A stretch of 52,416 bases of DNA. Origin: Eubacteriales bacterium. Its GTDB lineage: Bacteria > Bacillota > Clostridia > Oscillospirales > CAG-272. The stretch is taken from NCBI GenBank assembly GCA_045580755.1, contig JAZNOI010000119.1, positions 1 to 52,416 on the forward strand, given 5' to 3'. Position numbers and translations under genes: made by a program. Numbering within the stretch: the stretch's first letter is position 1; every line of letters starts with the position of its first letter. Positions 1 to 9,589 of the stretch are shown here, in pieces. The notes below the pieces were generated by a model that saw nothing but the letters and a program-made list of their open reading frames with translations, was not told the origin of the DNA and searched no databases.

Positions 1-12
1 TTCTTTATTCAT
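1..12 (-). CDS. 5' end of a gene running off the left edge (MNKE...), possibly arginine-regulated
   Basis: ATG at 12-10, AAAGGGG RBS-like sequence at 21-27, consensus promoter upstream; only 4 codons visible. Confidence 0.5.
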
Positions 13-33
13 ATTATATAACCCCTTTTGTGT

Positions 34-71
34 TGTGAATAAATATTCACTCGAAATCTTAAATATGCACA
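34..71. promoter_or_regulatory. ArgR/AhrC operator (ARG box) plus a degenerate tandem second box
   Basis: 34-51 tgTGAATaaatATTCAct fits WNTGAAT-W4-ATTCANW; AAATAT(T/G)CAC recurs 20 bp later; lies between promoter and RBS. Confidence 0.65.
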
Positions 72-72
72 T

Positions 73-101
73 ATTATACACTCGGTATTCATGTTTGTCA
101 A
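73..101 (-). promoter_or_regulatory. sigma-A promoter for the left-edge gene
   Basis: TTGACA (101-96), 17 bp, TATAAT (78-73). Confidence 0.8.
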
Positions 102-452
102 GCAAATAAAGCGTTAGTTTTTAAAATTCATATTTTGTTTACAATTGACCGAAAAAGCGGTGAAAGAATGCCCAAAAAAGTCCCGATATATACTATATTT
201 TTGTGTATTTTTCTGTTTGTTTCGTGTTGTTGCGATAAGTTGAAACGAATACCCTTTTTTTTAGACGAAAAATGCAATGCATAAAAGCGTGTTTATGCAT
301 AAAAAATTCATGAAAAAAGGATACACGTTTTTTGATCGTATATCCTTTTCAAAGTCAGTTTGGTTTAGAGGTTTTTTACACAAGATATACTATGGAAAAA
401 ACTCAGTCTTTTCATAATATATTCATCCTTTTGTTTTTATAAAAGGGGAAAT

Positions 453-1292
453 TTATTTCATATCGTGTTTTTGGAAATAAAGGTCCTGAAGTCTCTTTAC
501 AAGCTCGGGATTCTTTCCGCCGACTTTCTTTCCGTCGATCTCGTCTGCGGCAAGGAGAACGGTCGTTGTGCTTCCGATCATAACTTCATCTGCATTAAAC
601 AATTCGTCAAGAGTGTACTCTCTTTCTTCGCAGGGAATACCGAATTCGCGGCAGATCTCGAGCACGTGTTTTCTTGTGACACTGGGCAAAATGAGATTAT
701 CAAGGGGATGTGTGATAACCACACCGTCTTTGATTATAAAGTTTGCGGTATGGCTTCCTTCCGTAACGATATTGCCTCTGTGGAACACGGCTTCATCGCA
801 GCCTGCCTGCTTTGCTGCTTCGCTTGCCAGACAGTTGGGGATAAGGTTTATAGTCTTGATATTACAGAGGTAGAAACGGTTGTCTTCCTGTGTCAAAAGC
901 TTAACTCTCTTAGACTGGTCGCCTATCTTTTTGGGAGTTATGTAAGCAAAAAGTGAGGGCTTTTTGCATTCAGGGAAGATGTGGTTTCTGGCAGCAACAC
1001 CTCTCGACATTTGCCAATAGAGAATGAAGTCTTTTTCGTCTTCATCTGCTTTTTCGATAAGAGAGAGAAATACGTTTTCCATTTCTTCTCTTGTCATATC
1101 GATTTCAATTTTGAGAAGCTTGCAGCTGTTGTAAAATCTGTCGAGATGGTCGTCGAGGTCAACGGGCTTTCTGTTGTGGATAAATGCAACGTCATAAACG
1201 CCGTCTCCGAAATAAACGGCTCTGTCAAGAGCGTTTACTTTAAGTTCTTCCAGTGCGGCAATTTCGCCGTTGTAGTAACCGACATTTTTCAT
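453..1292 (-). CDS. dat: D-amino-acid aminotransferase (PLP fold type IV)
   Basis: DRAVYFGDGVYD, IKTINL (PLP lysine), VTEGSHTAN, ILPSVTR motifs; 279 aa. Confidence 0.8.
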   Translation of the reverse strand: MKNVGYYNGEIAALEELKVNALDRAVYFGDGVYDVAFIHNRKPVDLDDHLDRFYNSCKLLKIEIDMTREEMENVFLSLIEKADEDEKDFILYWQMSRGVAARNHIFPECKKPSLFAYITPKKIGDQSKRVKLLTQEDNRFYLCNIKTINLIPNCLASEAAKQAGCDEAVFHRGNIVTEGSHTANFIIKDGVVITHPLDNLILPSVTRKHVLEICREFGIPCEEREYTLDELFNADEVMIGSTTTVLLAADEIDGKKVGGKNPELVKRLQDLYFQKHDMK

Positions 1293-1402
1293 AATAAAAA
1301 TCTCCCTGTGGTTTTGTATTGTTTTAGTTACAATTAAATTATATTCTTCGGAAAAAATAAGTCAATGTATTTTGCTAAAATCATAATTAATTAAGTTTTA
1401 CT

Positions 1403-2953
1403 TTACGAAAAGTATTTTCTGTCAAGTGAGCGGAGCTGAATGGCTTCGGCGATATGTTTTACCGATATTTTGTCGCTGTTATCGAGATCGGCAATTGTCA
1501 GTGCAACCCTTAAGATCCTGTCATATCCGCGTGCAGACATGCCCAGCTTGTCAAAAGCACTTCGCAACAAGGTGTGGGCATCGCTGTCGAGAACGCAGTA
1601 TTTTCTAATCAAAGTGGTAGTCATATCGGCATTTGAGAACACGGGTTTGCCCGAATAAGTCGTATCGTTTTTGAAACGTTCAACAGCCCTTGCTCTTGCC
1701 GCGTCAACACGTTTTCTGATTTCAGCCGAGCTTTCGGCAGGACGTGTGTCCGACAGTTCATTATAAGACAGGGAAGAAACTTCGAGCTGAATATCTATTC
1801 TGTCAATAAGCGGACCGCTTATTTTTGATATGTATCTTTTAATATCTTCGGGTTTACAGGTGCATTTTTTTGTTGGATGTCCGTAATAACCGCATTTACA
1901 GGGGTTCATGGCACAAACAAGCATAAAGCTTGAAGGGAAGGTGAAATGCCCTGCTGCGCGTGTTATTGTGATACTGCCGTCTTCAAGCGGTTGGCGCAAA
2001 ACTTCGGTCGCGCTCTTGTTGAATTCGGGAAGCTCGTCAAGGAAAAGAATTCCGTTGTGCGCCAAAGAAAGTTCGCCCGGCATAGGGATCGCACCGCCGC
2101 CCGACAGGGCAACCGACGACATCGTATGGTGAGGGGAACGGAACGGTCTCTCGACGATCAGTGAGTCTGCAGGAAGGGTTCCCGAAATAGAATGTATTTT
2201 AGTCGATTCCACCGCTTCTTCAAATGTTATCTTGGGCAGAATGGAGGGAATGCGCTTTGCAAGCATACTTTTTCCGGTTCCGGGAGGACCGATGAGGAGC
2301 ACGTTATGGTTTCCGGCAGCGGCAATTTCAAGAGCTCTTTTGGCTTTTTCCTGACCTTTCACGTCAGAAAAATCCATACGGGAGCTATCTCTCTGTCTTT
2401 CAAAAATACTCTTATCAAATTCTATAGGTGTGATCAGCTTTTTACCGTTTAAGTGCTCAATAAGCTCGCGGATATTGTGGACGGGATATACTTTTAATCC
2501 CGAAACGACGGAAGCCTCTTTCGCGTTATCGAAAGGAACGAAAAGCTCTTTCTTGCCCTTATCTTTTGCACAGAGTGCCATAGAGAGCACTCCGCGAATG
2601 CTTCTGAAACTGCCCGACATGGACAGCTCGCCGATAAAAGACTTGGCGGAGAAATCGATCGATCTTTTCACTATGCCTCCGCAATGGAGTATTGACGTTA
2701 ATAACGCCATATCATAGGTCGAACCGACTTTTTTCATATCTGCGGGAGCAAGATTTATAACGATCGCAGTGTCGGGGAAAACAAATCCGCTGTTTTCCAA
2801 GGCGGCCTGTATACGTTTTTCCGCCTCTTTTACTGCGGCATCGGGAAGTCCTACTATTTCAAAGCAAGGGATCTTGTCCTGCATATTACATTCAACCGTT
2901 ACTTCAAAACCGTCAATGCCCATAATGCCCGATGAAAAAATAGTGGAAAGCAT
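1403..2953 (-). CDS. comM: YifB/ComM family Mg-chelatase-like AAA+ ATPase
   Basis: IVGLPDAAVKE, Walker A GPPGTGKS, RPFRSPHH, LFLDELPEF, AMNPCKCGY, SARGYDRILRVALTIADL. Confidence 0.92.
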   Translation of the reverse strand: MLSTIFSSGIMGIDGFEVTVECNMQDKIPCFEIVGLPDAAVKEAEKRIQAALENSGFVFPDTAIVINLAPADMKKVGSTYDMALLTSILHCGGIVKRSIDFSAKSFIGELSMSGSFRSIRGVLSMALCAKDKGKKELFVPFDNAKEASVVSGLKVYPVHNIRELIEHLNGKKLITPIEFDKSIFERQRDSSRMDFSDVKGQEKAKRALEIAAAGNHNVLLIGPPGTGKSMLAKRIPSILPKITFEEAVESTKIHSISGTLPADSLIVERPFRSPHHTMSSVALSGGGAIPMPGELSLAHNGILFLDELPEFNKSATEVLRQPLEDGSITITRAAGHFTFPSSFMLVCAMNPCKCGYYGHPTKKCTCKPEDIKRYISKISGPLIDRIDIQLEVSSLSYNELSDTRPAESSAEIRKRVDAARARAVERFKNDTTYSGKPVFSNADMTTTLIRKYCVLDSDAHTLLRSAFDKLGMSARGYDRILRVALTIADLDNSDKISVKHIAEAIQLRSLDRKYFS

Positions 2954-3061
2954 TTGTTTTCACTCCTTAAAAAATGACGTTTCAATACTTAATAATTATA
3001 TCACAACTGAAAGTTTTTTGCAATGATTTTATATTATTTGGAAAAGTGAATATAAAAATTT

Positions 3062-3102
3062 AAAAACCCTTTCAGGATAGACCTGAAAGGGTTTCTTTTT
3101 TG
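3062..3102. terminator. intrinsic terminator after rpsU
   Basis: AAACCCTTTCAGG-atag-a-CCTGAAAGGGTTT inverted repeat with A/T tracts on both sides. Confidence 0.8.
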
Positions 3103-3128
3103 TTTAAAATGAAATCTTCTTTTGTAAA

Positions 3129-3305
3129 TTACTTGAACTTACGCTTGCGAGCTGCTTCGGATTTCTTCTTGCGTTTTACGCTGGGCTTTTCATAATGCTC
3201 TCTTTTACGGAGTTCAGCAAGAACACCGGATTTAGCACACTGTCTTTTGAATCTACGAAGAGCACTGTCAAGTGATTCATTTTCTTTGACTTTGATTTCT
3301 GCCAT
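3129..3305 (-). CDS. rpsU: 30S ribosomal protein S21 (not in the ORF track, 58 aa)
   Basis: Manual translation [58 protein letters not shown]; GGAGGGAGG RBS. Confidence 0.97.
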   Translation of the reverse strand: MAEIKVKENESLDSALRRFKRQCAKSGVLAELRKREHYEKPSVKRKKKSEAARKRKFK

Positions 3306-3361
3306 TTTGTTTTCCCTCCCTCCATACTATGGAAAAGAGAATGTTACCATTCTTAAAGAAC

Positions 3362-3390
3362 ATTATACTCTTTTACATCAATTATGTCAA
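3362..3390 (-). promoter_or_regulatory. sigma-A promoter of rpsU
   Basis: TTGACA (3390-3385), 17 bp, TATAAT (3367-3362). Confidence 0.8.
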
Positions 3391-3429
3391 TATTTTTTTT
3401 GCATTTTTTCGCAAATTGTGGAAATATGT

Positions 3430-5847
3430 TTATTTTACAACCAAATTTACGAGTTTTTTGGGAACAAATATTTCTTTGATAATAGACTTTCCTTCGATAA
3501 AGGGCTTGATTTTTTCGTCGTTTTTAACTGTTGCCAAAGCGTCATCTTTTGATATTTCTGCGGGAATCAAGATCGTACCGCGGAGCTTGCCGTTGATCTG
3601 AACTGCAATTTCAACCGTGCTGTCAACAGTCTTAGCTTCGTCGTATGAGGGCCATTCAGCAAGTGAGCAGAAGCCGTTTCCGCCAAGCGATTCCCAGATC
3701 TCTTCGCAAAGGTGGGGAGCGAAAGGACAGAGGAGCTTAACGAAGGTCATCATCTCATCCTTAGTAATGGCACCCTTGTCATAGATCTCGTTTGTCAACG
3801 TCATCATAGCTGCAATAGCGGTGTTGAACTTGAGTTCTTCGATGTCGCTTGTAACTTTCTTGATAGTCTTGTGGAATGCGCTTTCGAGCTCTTTCGTTAC
3901 TCCGTTGCCGTTTATAAGATCGGTCATAGATGCAACTCTGTCGAGGAATCTCTTACAGCCCTTAACGCTGTTTTCGGACCAGGGAGCAGCACTTGCATAG
4001 TCGCCCATAAACAGAATATAAACTCTGAGTACGTCGGCGCCGTATTCGTCAACTACGTTGTTGGGGTCAACGACATTACCCTTCGATTTACTCATCTTGT
4101 CGCCGTCGGGACCGAGAATAAGGCCCTGAGCTGTTCTTTTTGCGTAGGGTTCAGCCATGGGAACAGCGTCGATATCGTACAAGAACTGATGCCAGAATCT
4201 CGAATAGATCATGTGTCTGGTAACGTGCTCCATGCCGCCGTTATACCAGTCAACAGGCATCCAGTAGTCGAGTTTTTCTCTGTCTGCCAAAGCGTTGTCG
4301 TTATTGGGGTCGATATATCTGAGGAAGTACCAGGACGATCCTGCCCACTGAGGCATGGTGTCAGTTTCTCTTTTTGCGGGAGCTCCGCACTTGGGACAAG
4401 TGCAGTTTACAAACGAGTCGATCTTTGCGAGAGGCGATTCGCCGCCCTCTCCGGGTTCAAAGTTGTCGACGTTGGGCAGTCTGAGCGGAAGTTCTTCGTA
4501 GGGAACGGGAACCATTCCGCATACAGGGCAGTGAACTATCGGAATAGGCTCACCCCAGTATCTCTGACGGTTAAATGCCCAGTCTTTCATCTTGTACTGA
4601 ACACCCTTTTCTCCGATGCCTTTTTCTTCGAGGTATTCAAGAACTTTCGCTATCGAGTCTTTTTTGTTTGTCATACCGTTGAGAAAATCGGAGTTGACCA
4701 TTTCTCCGTCGCCGGCGTATGCCGCTTCTTCGATATTTCCGCCCTTGATAACTTCAATTATATCAATGCCGAACTTCTTTGCAAAGTCGTAGTCTCTTTC
4801 GTCGTGTGCGGGGACTGCCATAATTGCGCCCGTACCGTAACCCATCATAACGTAATCGGAAATGTATACCGGAATCTCTTTGTTGTTAATGGGATTAATA
4901 GCCGAAAGCCCGTCTATTCTTACACCCGTTTTTTCTTTAACGAGCTGTGTACGTTCAAATTCCGTCTTCTTTGCACACTCTTCTTTGTATGCGTCGAGTT
5001 CGGATATGTTATTGATAGAATCTCTGTATTTTTCGATAATGGGATGCTCGGGAGCGATTACCATAAACGTTACGCCGAAAAGTGTGTCGGGACGTGTGGT
5101 GTAAATACGGAGAGTATCGTCTTTGTTTGCAAGCTTAAAGTTTACGAATGCACCGGTCGATTTACCTATCCAGTTGACCTGTTGCATTTTAATGTTGGGG
5201 AGGTAATCGACGTTTTCAAGTCCCTGAAGAAGCTTGTCTGCATACTCGGTTATGCGGAGATACCAAACGTCTTTTGATTTTTGGATAATATCCGTGTGGC
5301 AGATGTCGCATTTTCCGCCCTGAGAGTCTTCGTTCGAGAGAACGACCTTACAGTGAGGACAGTAGTTTACGAGGGCAGTATCTCTGAAAACGAGCCCGTT
5401 TTCAAACATCTTAAGGAATATCCACTGAGTCCACTTGTAGTAGTCTTCCTGTGTAGTATCGATAGTTCTGGACCAGTCGAAAGAAAAACCTACTCTTTTC
5501 AGCTGATCGGTAAATCTTACGATGTTGTTATCTGTAACTTTTCTGGGATGAATACCCGTCTTTATAGCGTAGTTTTCGGTAGGAAGACCAAAAGCGTCAA
5601 AACCGATGGGGAATAGCACGTTGTAGCCTTCCATTCTTCTTTTTCTTGAAATAACTTCAAGTCCGGAATACGCCTTTATGTGACCAACGTGCATACCTGC
5701 GCCGCTGGGATAAGGGAATTCAACAAGTCCGTAAAACTTCTTTTTTGTTTTGTCCGAGTCGTCGGCGTGGAAGATCTTTGCCTCTTCCCATTTGTCTTGC
5801 CATTTTTTCTCGGTTTCCGAAAAATTATATTTCATAATCGGTGTCAC
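3430..5847 (-). CDS. leuS: leucine--tRNA ligase
   Basis: FPYPSGAGMHVGH, TTRPDTLFG editing motif, GTGAIMAVPAHDERD, KMSKS. Confidence 0.97.
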   Translation of the reverse strand: MTPIMKYNFSETEKKWQDKWEEAKIFHADDSDKTKKKFYGLVEFPYPSGAGMHVGHIKAYSGLEVISRKRRMEGYNVLFPIGFDAFGLPTENYAIKTGIHPRKVTDNNIVRFTDQLKRVGFSFDWSRTIDTTQEDYYKWTQWIFLKMFENGLVFRDTALVNYCPHCKVVLSNEDSQGGKCDICHTDIIQKSKDVWYLRITEYADKLLQGLENVDYLPNIKMQQVNWIGKSTGAFVNFKLANKDDTLRIYTTRPDTLFGVTFMVIAPEHPIIEKYRDSINNISELDAYKEECAKKTEFERTQLVKEKTGVRIDGLSAINPINNKEIPVYISDYVMMGYGTGAIMAVPAHDERDYDFAKKFGIDIIEVIKGGNIEEAAYAGDGEMVNSDFLNGMTNKKDSIAKVLEYLEEKGIGEKGVQYKMKDWAFNRQRYWGEPIPIVHCPVCGMVPVPYEELPLRLPNVDNFEPGEGGESPLAKIDSFVNCTCPKCGAPAKRETDTMPQWAGSSWYFLRYIDPNNDNALADREKLDYWMPVDWYNGGMEHVTRHMIYSRFWHQFLYDIDAVPMAEPYAKRTAQGLILGPDGDKMSKSKGNVVDPNNVVDEYGADVLRVYILFMGDYASAAPWSENSVKGCKRFLDRVASMTDLINGNGVTKELESAFHKTIKKVTSDIEELKFNTAIAAMMTLTNEIYDKGAITKDEMMTFVKLLCPFAPHLCEEIWESLGGNGFCSLAEWPSYDEAKTVDSTVEIAVQINGKLRGTILIPAEISKDDALATVKNDEKIKPFIEGKSIIKEIFVPKKLVNLVVK

Positions 5848-5886
5848 TAACCTTTCAAATGATTTTCAAAAATTATATTATATAGA

Positions 5887-6267
5887 TTATATCAAAAGCT
5901 CCGAAATGTCAATGTCTTCGGCATCGCTCCAAAGCTTTTCGAGTTTATAAAAATCTCTCGTCTCTCGGTTGAAAATGTGAACTATGACCGAACTGTAATC
6001 GAGAACGGTCCACGTTGCTTCGTTGTAGCCTTCGATATGGTGGGGCGTGATCCCGTTTTCTTCGAGCTTTTCTTCAACCTCGCCTGCGAGCGCTCTTACC
6101 TGAGTATTCGAGTTGCCGCCGCAAATGACAAAATAGTCTGCAAGAACGGTTTTGTCATCGATACGAAGGAGTTTAATGTTCTTTGCTTTTTTTGCATCGA
6201 GTATCTTAACGATGCTTTCTCCCAATTCACGAGGGGAGAGTTCCGGTGTTTTGTTTTCAGTATTCAT
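5887..6267 (-). CDS. rsfS: ribosome silencing factor RsfS
   Basis: LDAKKAKNI, ADYFVICGGNSNTQVRALA, WTVLDYSSVIVHIF, RDFYKLEKLW; start moved to the ATG with a GAAAGG RBS. Confidence 0.93.
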   Translation of the reverse strand: MNTENKTPELSPRELGESIVKILDAKKAKNIKLLRIDDKTVLADYFVICGGNSNTQVRALAGEVEEKLEENGITPHHIEGYNEATWTVLDYSSVIVHIFNRETRDFYKLEKLWSDAEDIDISELLI

Positions 6268-6305
6268 ATTTTGCCTTTCAAATATATTAACGTCGGTAAT
6301 GCTTA

Positions 6306-7616
6306 TTAAGCTTTGGGAATGTCGATAGCTCCCTGGTTTATGTCGTCGGCTGATTGAGGTTTGCCGCCGAGGACGTACGCGGGGTCGCATATATAATACG
6401 GATTGAGGTATGCGGCATCGGTAGTGCTTGTAAACACTTTGTATTTGTCAAAAATGGCGTCGGTTACGTTGCTGTCGTAAATATTGTAATACTCGTTTAC
6501 GATATTCAAAACGCCGCGTCTGTTCATAACGTAATACCAAGCTGCGTAAGGAGGGGGCGTGGGGGAGTAGCCGGGCATAGTCATAAACGTCATATCGTTC
6601 AGATCAACGGACAGCATATTCTTTGCCAGATAAACCATCTGGTCTAAAGAAAGGTCGGTCTTTACGTGCTTAAACACCTGGTCTGCGATCTGGATGATCG
6701 TAGAAATGTTGAAGTGGTCTTTAACTTCTTTCAAAAGTGCGCTCATAAAGATCTTTTGAGCGTCTATCCTGCCTATATCTGCCTGGAGCCATCCCGATCT
6801 GAAGCGTACGAACTGTTCTGCTTTTTCGCCGTTAAGGAGTTGTTTTCCTTTTTTGAGATCGATAGTTAGATTTTGAGTATCGTCGTAGTAGTACATATCG
6901 GTCGGAATGTCAACTTCGACACCGCCGAGAATGTCAACGACGTTTCTGAAACCTTCGAGGTTGATCATAGCGTTATAATGGATGTTTATGCAGATATTCT
7001 TTTCCAAAAACTCGGAAAGACGTTGAAGTGCATATAAATCGGGATCGTTAACCTTTTTGTTTTCTCCCTCGGTTCTGTATATTCCATAAAGGGCGTTTAT
7101 CTTATAAGAACGGTAGTTAAGACAAACGTAGGTGTCTCTGGGGATCTGCATGACTGCTATATCTTTTTCCTTTACGTTATAACTTATAAGCATCATAACG
7201 TCGGTGTTGTCAGCCGCTGCATCTTTACCGATGAGAAGGAAGTTGAACATCTCGTCTTTGTTTACGGCAACGGACGAGTCGTTCTCGTTGTTTTTCATCG
7301 TGTCAAGCCCCGGATCTTCGGGAGGCTGTTCGGGAAGCGGAAAATCGGGCAACACGATGCTCGTATCAAGCGGAACCGCACCTTCTATGCTTGTGTCAAA
7401 AGTGGGAGCGTCGTTTCTGCCGTTGTCACCCGCAGTTCTGGTCATGACCCATATAAAAACTCCAAGCGCAACCAATGCGATCACAAGAATGATTGACAGA
7501 ACGACCCACATAGTGGTTTTCAATACTTTTTTCAGAGTTTTATTATTGTTTGTTTTTTCCGACACAGAAGTTAATGCGGTTTCTGTGCTTTTTTCTTTTT
7601 CGTTTTTCTTGTTCAT
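6306..7616 (-). CDS. LCP (LytR-CpsA-Psr) family cell-wall glycopolymer ligase
   Basis: N-terminal TM helix; FLLIGKD, TDVMML, QIPRDTYV, KINALY, FVRFR, DIGRIDAQK. Confidence 0.9.
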   Translation of the reverse strand: MNKKNEKEKSTETALTSVSEKTNNNKTLKKVLKTTMWVVLSIILVIALVALGVFIWVMTRTAGDNGRNDAPTFDTSIEGAVPLDTSIVLPDFPLPEQPPEDPGLDTMKNNENDSSVAVNKDEMFNFLLIGKDAAADNTDVMMLISYNVKEKDIAVMQIPRDTYVCLNYRSYKINALYGIYRTEGENKKVNDPDLYALQRLSEFLEKNICINIHYNAMINLEGFRNVVDILGGVEVDIPTDMYYYDDTQNLTIDLKKGKQLLNGEKAEQFVRFRSGWLQADIGRIDAQKIFMSALLKEVKDHFNISTIIQIADQVFKHVKTDLSLDQMVYLAKNMLSVDLNDMTFMTMPGYSPTPPPYAAWYYVMNRRGVLNIVNEYYNIYDSNVTDAIFDKYKVFTSTTDAAYLNPYYICDPAYVLGGKPQSADDINQGAIDIPKA

Positions 7617-7645
7617 TTCATTCTCCCCTATGCACTATGTTGTTG

Positions 7646-8998
7646 TCAAAAATGCGGAATTGAAATTGAGTTATCGTTTATATCTTGAGCATCATGAGGC
7701 TCTGGCGTAACAATATCCTGCCTGATATAGTATTTGTGAACGTGCGGAAAATAATTCTTGCTTGTAAACACTAAGTTTTTATCAAATATACCGTCTGTAA
7801 TCGGAAAGTCGTAAATATTAAAATACTTGTCGATCATTTCGCGCATATTTTTCCTTGCCATAACGTAGATGGATAAACCCGTACCGTCGGGATTACTGCC
7901 TATACTTGTTCCCATCATAGACATAAATCTTATGTCCGACATACTGATGTCAAGCATTTGTCTTGCAAAAAACACGCCGTCTGCAAGGTTGATATCTGTT
8001 GTGACGTATTTAAAGAAATCGCTTATGAGCGGAATGATGGTTGCGGCATTAAAATCCGTTTTGATCTTTTTAAGAAGCGCGCTGAGAAAGATTTTCTGTG
8101 CATCTATTCTTCCGATGTCGGCCTGCGCGTACGTTGATCTGTGGCGTATAAAAGCTTCCGCTTGATATCCGTCGAGATGTTGCAATCCCGGATAAATAGT
8201 AACTGTGTGTTTATATCTTGGATCGTGATAAGTCATGGGTGCGGGGACGTATACGTCGATACCTCCCAGTGTATCAACGATGCTTTTTACTCCCGCAAGG
8301 TTTATGCATGCATAATTGTGGATCTTTATACAGAGATGCTGTTCGAGCTCGCTTGCAAATTTTTCCAGAGCCACTTTTATATCCCGGTTGTTTGTAATGT
8401 AGTGGTACGGTACAAGTCCGTTGATCTTTCCGTTGTAGTAGCTGAGCTGAACGTACGTATCTCGGGGAATCTGTAACACGGAAATGTTTTTGGTCGTCGT
8501 GTTAAAGTTTATGAGCATGATCATATCCGTGTATATCGTAGACTCGTCGCAACCAACGATCAGAAAATTGTAAATATCCTGTTCGCTTTTTGGCGTTGTC
8601 TGCGGTGTCGGAGAGGTCGTCTCGCTGACTGTTGTTTCGGTTTCAAGGGGGGATTCTCCCTCGGGAAGTTCATTAAGCCCCGGGATGGTCTCGTGCAACC
8701 CCTCCGTATCAAACGGGGGGGGGACATTTGCCCCGTTGTCGGGTTTGTTTATAAGTAAAAAAACTATTAGCACAAATAAAGAGAGGATAATGGCAAAAAA
8801 AACATAGAGGAGTATTTTCAGTACAGATCTTTTCTTTTTTTTGCTCTTTTGTTCTGTCTTTTCTTTTGGTTCGTCTTTTTTGTTTTCGATTTCTTTTTTG
8901 GGTTCGGAAGTGTTATTTTTATTATCTATAGCCGTATCTTCGGCAGAAGGGGCTGCTTTTTCTTCTTCAGACGGAATAATTTCCCGGTCTTTATCCAT
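7646..8998 (-). CDS. LCP family protein (tandem paralog)
   Basis: TM helix; FLIVGCD, TDMIML, QIPRDTYV, KING, FIRHR, DIGRIDAQK. Confidence 0.9.
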   Translation of the reverse strand: MDKDREIIPSEEEKAAPSAEDTAIDNKNNTSEPKKEIENKKDEPKEKTEQKSKKKKRSVLKILLYVFFAIILSLFVLIVFLLINKPDNGANVPPPFDTEGLHETIPGLNELPEGESPLETETTVSETTSPTPQTTPKSEQDIYNFLIVGCDESTIYTDMIMLINFNTTTKNISVLQIPRDTYVQLSYYNGKINGLVPYHYITNNRDIKVALEKFASELEQHLCIKIHNYACINLAGVKSIVDTLGGIDVYVPAPMTYHDPRYKHTVTIYPGLQHLDGYQAEAFIRHRSTYAQADIGRIDAQKIFLSALLKKIKTDFNAATIIPLISDFFKYVTTDINLADGVFFARQMLDISMSDIRFMSMMGTSIGSNPDGTGLSIYVMARKNMREMIDKYFNIYDFPITDGIFDKNLVFTSKNYFPHVHKYYIRQDIVTPEPHDAQDINDNSISIPHF

Positions 8999-9010
8999 AT
9001 ATTAGCCTCC

Positions 9011-9589
9011 TTACTTCGATAAAATGTTATTATATGCCTTTACTGTTTCAATGTGAATATTTTTGCCTCTTGCAATCAAGTCTTCTATCGTTATTCTCAG
9101 CGACAAGAAGATCGCATCGTCAAGGCTTTTTTCGGGATCGCTTAAATCCTTGTAAAAATAATCGCGAATTCTTTTGCAGTCGTCAAATTTTCTGGTTGGT
9201 TCGATATAGTCCGCCAAATAGAGCAGTTTTTCTATAAGCGACATATCGGCTCTGCCCGTCGTATGATACTTTACCGCATTTAATATTTCTTCGTCCGCAA
9301 ATTCGGGGAAGTTCTTTTCAATAAATACCGGAGCAGAAAAAGCATGTAACGTTTTCGGCGAATTTAATGTCGACTCGTCAAGTATAATTCCTGCTTTTTC
9401 GCACAGTAAGATCTGTTCGTTTTCGGGCATTTCTTTTGTAATATCGTGCAAATACGCCGCAATAACAAGCTTTTTTTCGTCGATATCAAAAAGCTTGGCA
9501 AGCGATCTGCATTCGCTGACGACAGATAGTGTATGACGGTATCTGTAATCCGACATATACGGTTTGATCCTGTTTTCCAAATCAAACAT
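9011..9589 (-). CDS. yqeK: YqeK HD-domain Ap4A hydrolase
   Basis: RYRHTLSV, AAYLHDITK, KYHTTG, LYLADYIEPTR; follows nadD; start at the GGAG-preceded ATG. Confidence 0.9.
   Translation of the reverse strand: MFDLENRIKPYMSDYRYRHTLSVVSECRSLAKLFDIDEKKLVIAAYLHDITKEMPENEQILLCEKAGIILDESTLNSPKTLHAFSAPVFIEKNFPEFADEEILNAVKYHTTGRADMSLIEKLLYLADYIEPTRKFDDCKRIRDYFYKDLSDPEKSLDDAIFLSLRITIEDLIARGKNIHIETVKAYNNILSK

Noticed and set aside
189-393. NrdR-box-like strings (TACTATATTTTTGTG at 191-205; CACAAGATATACTA at 379-392)
   Set aside because: Degenerate, not in tandem, not overlapping the promoter, and no nrd gene is visible.
3712-5277. 521-aa ORF antisense to leuS
   Set aside because: Fully inside leuS on the opposite strand with no recognisable motifs; a typical shadow ORF from codon bias.
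6268-6390. Long N-terminal extensions in the ORF track (rsfS, also purN, trmH, rpmI, infC, pnp, cyclophilin)
   Set aside because: Longest-ORF artefacts; downstream starts have good RBSs and match family lengths.
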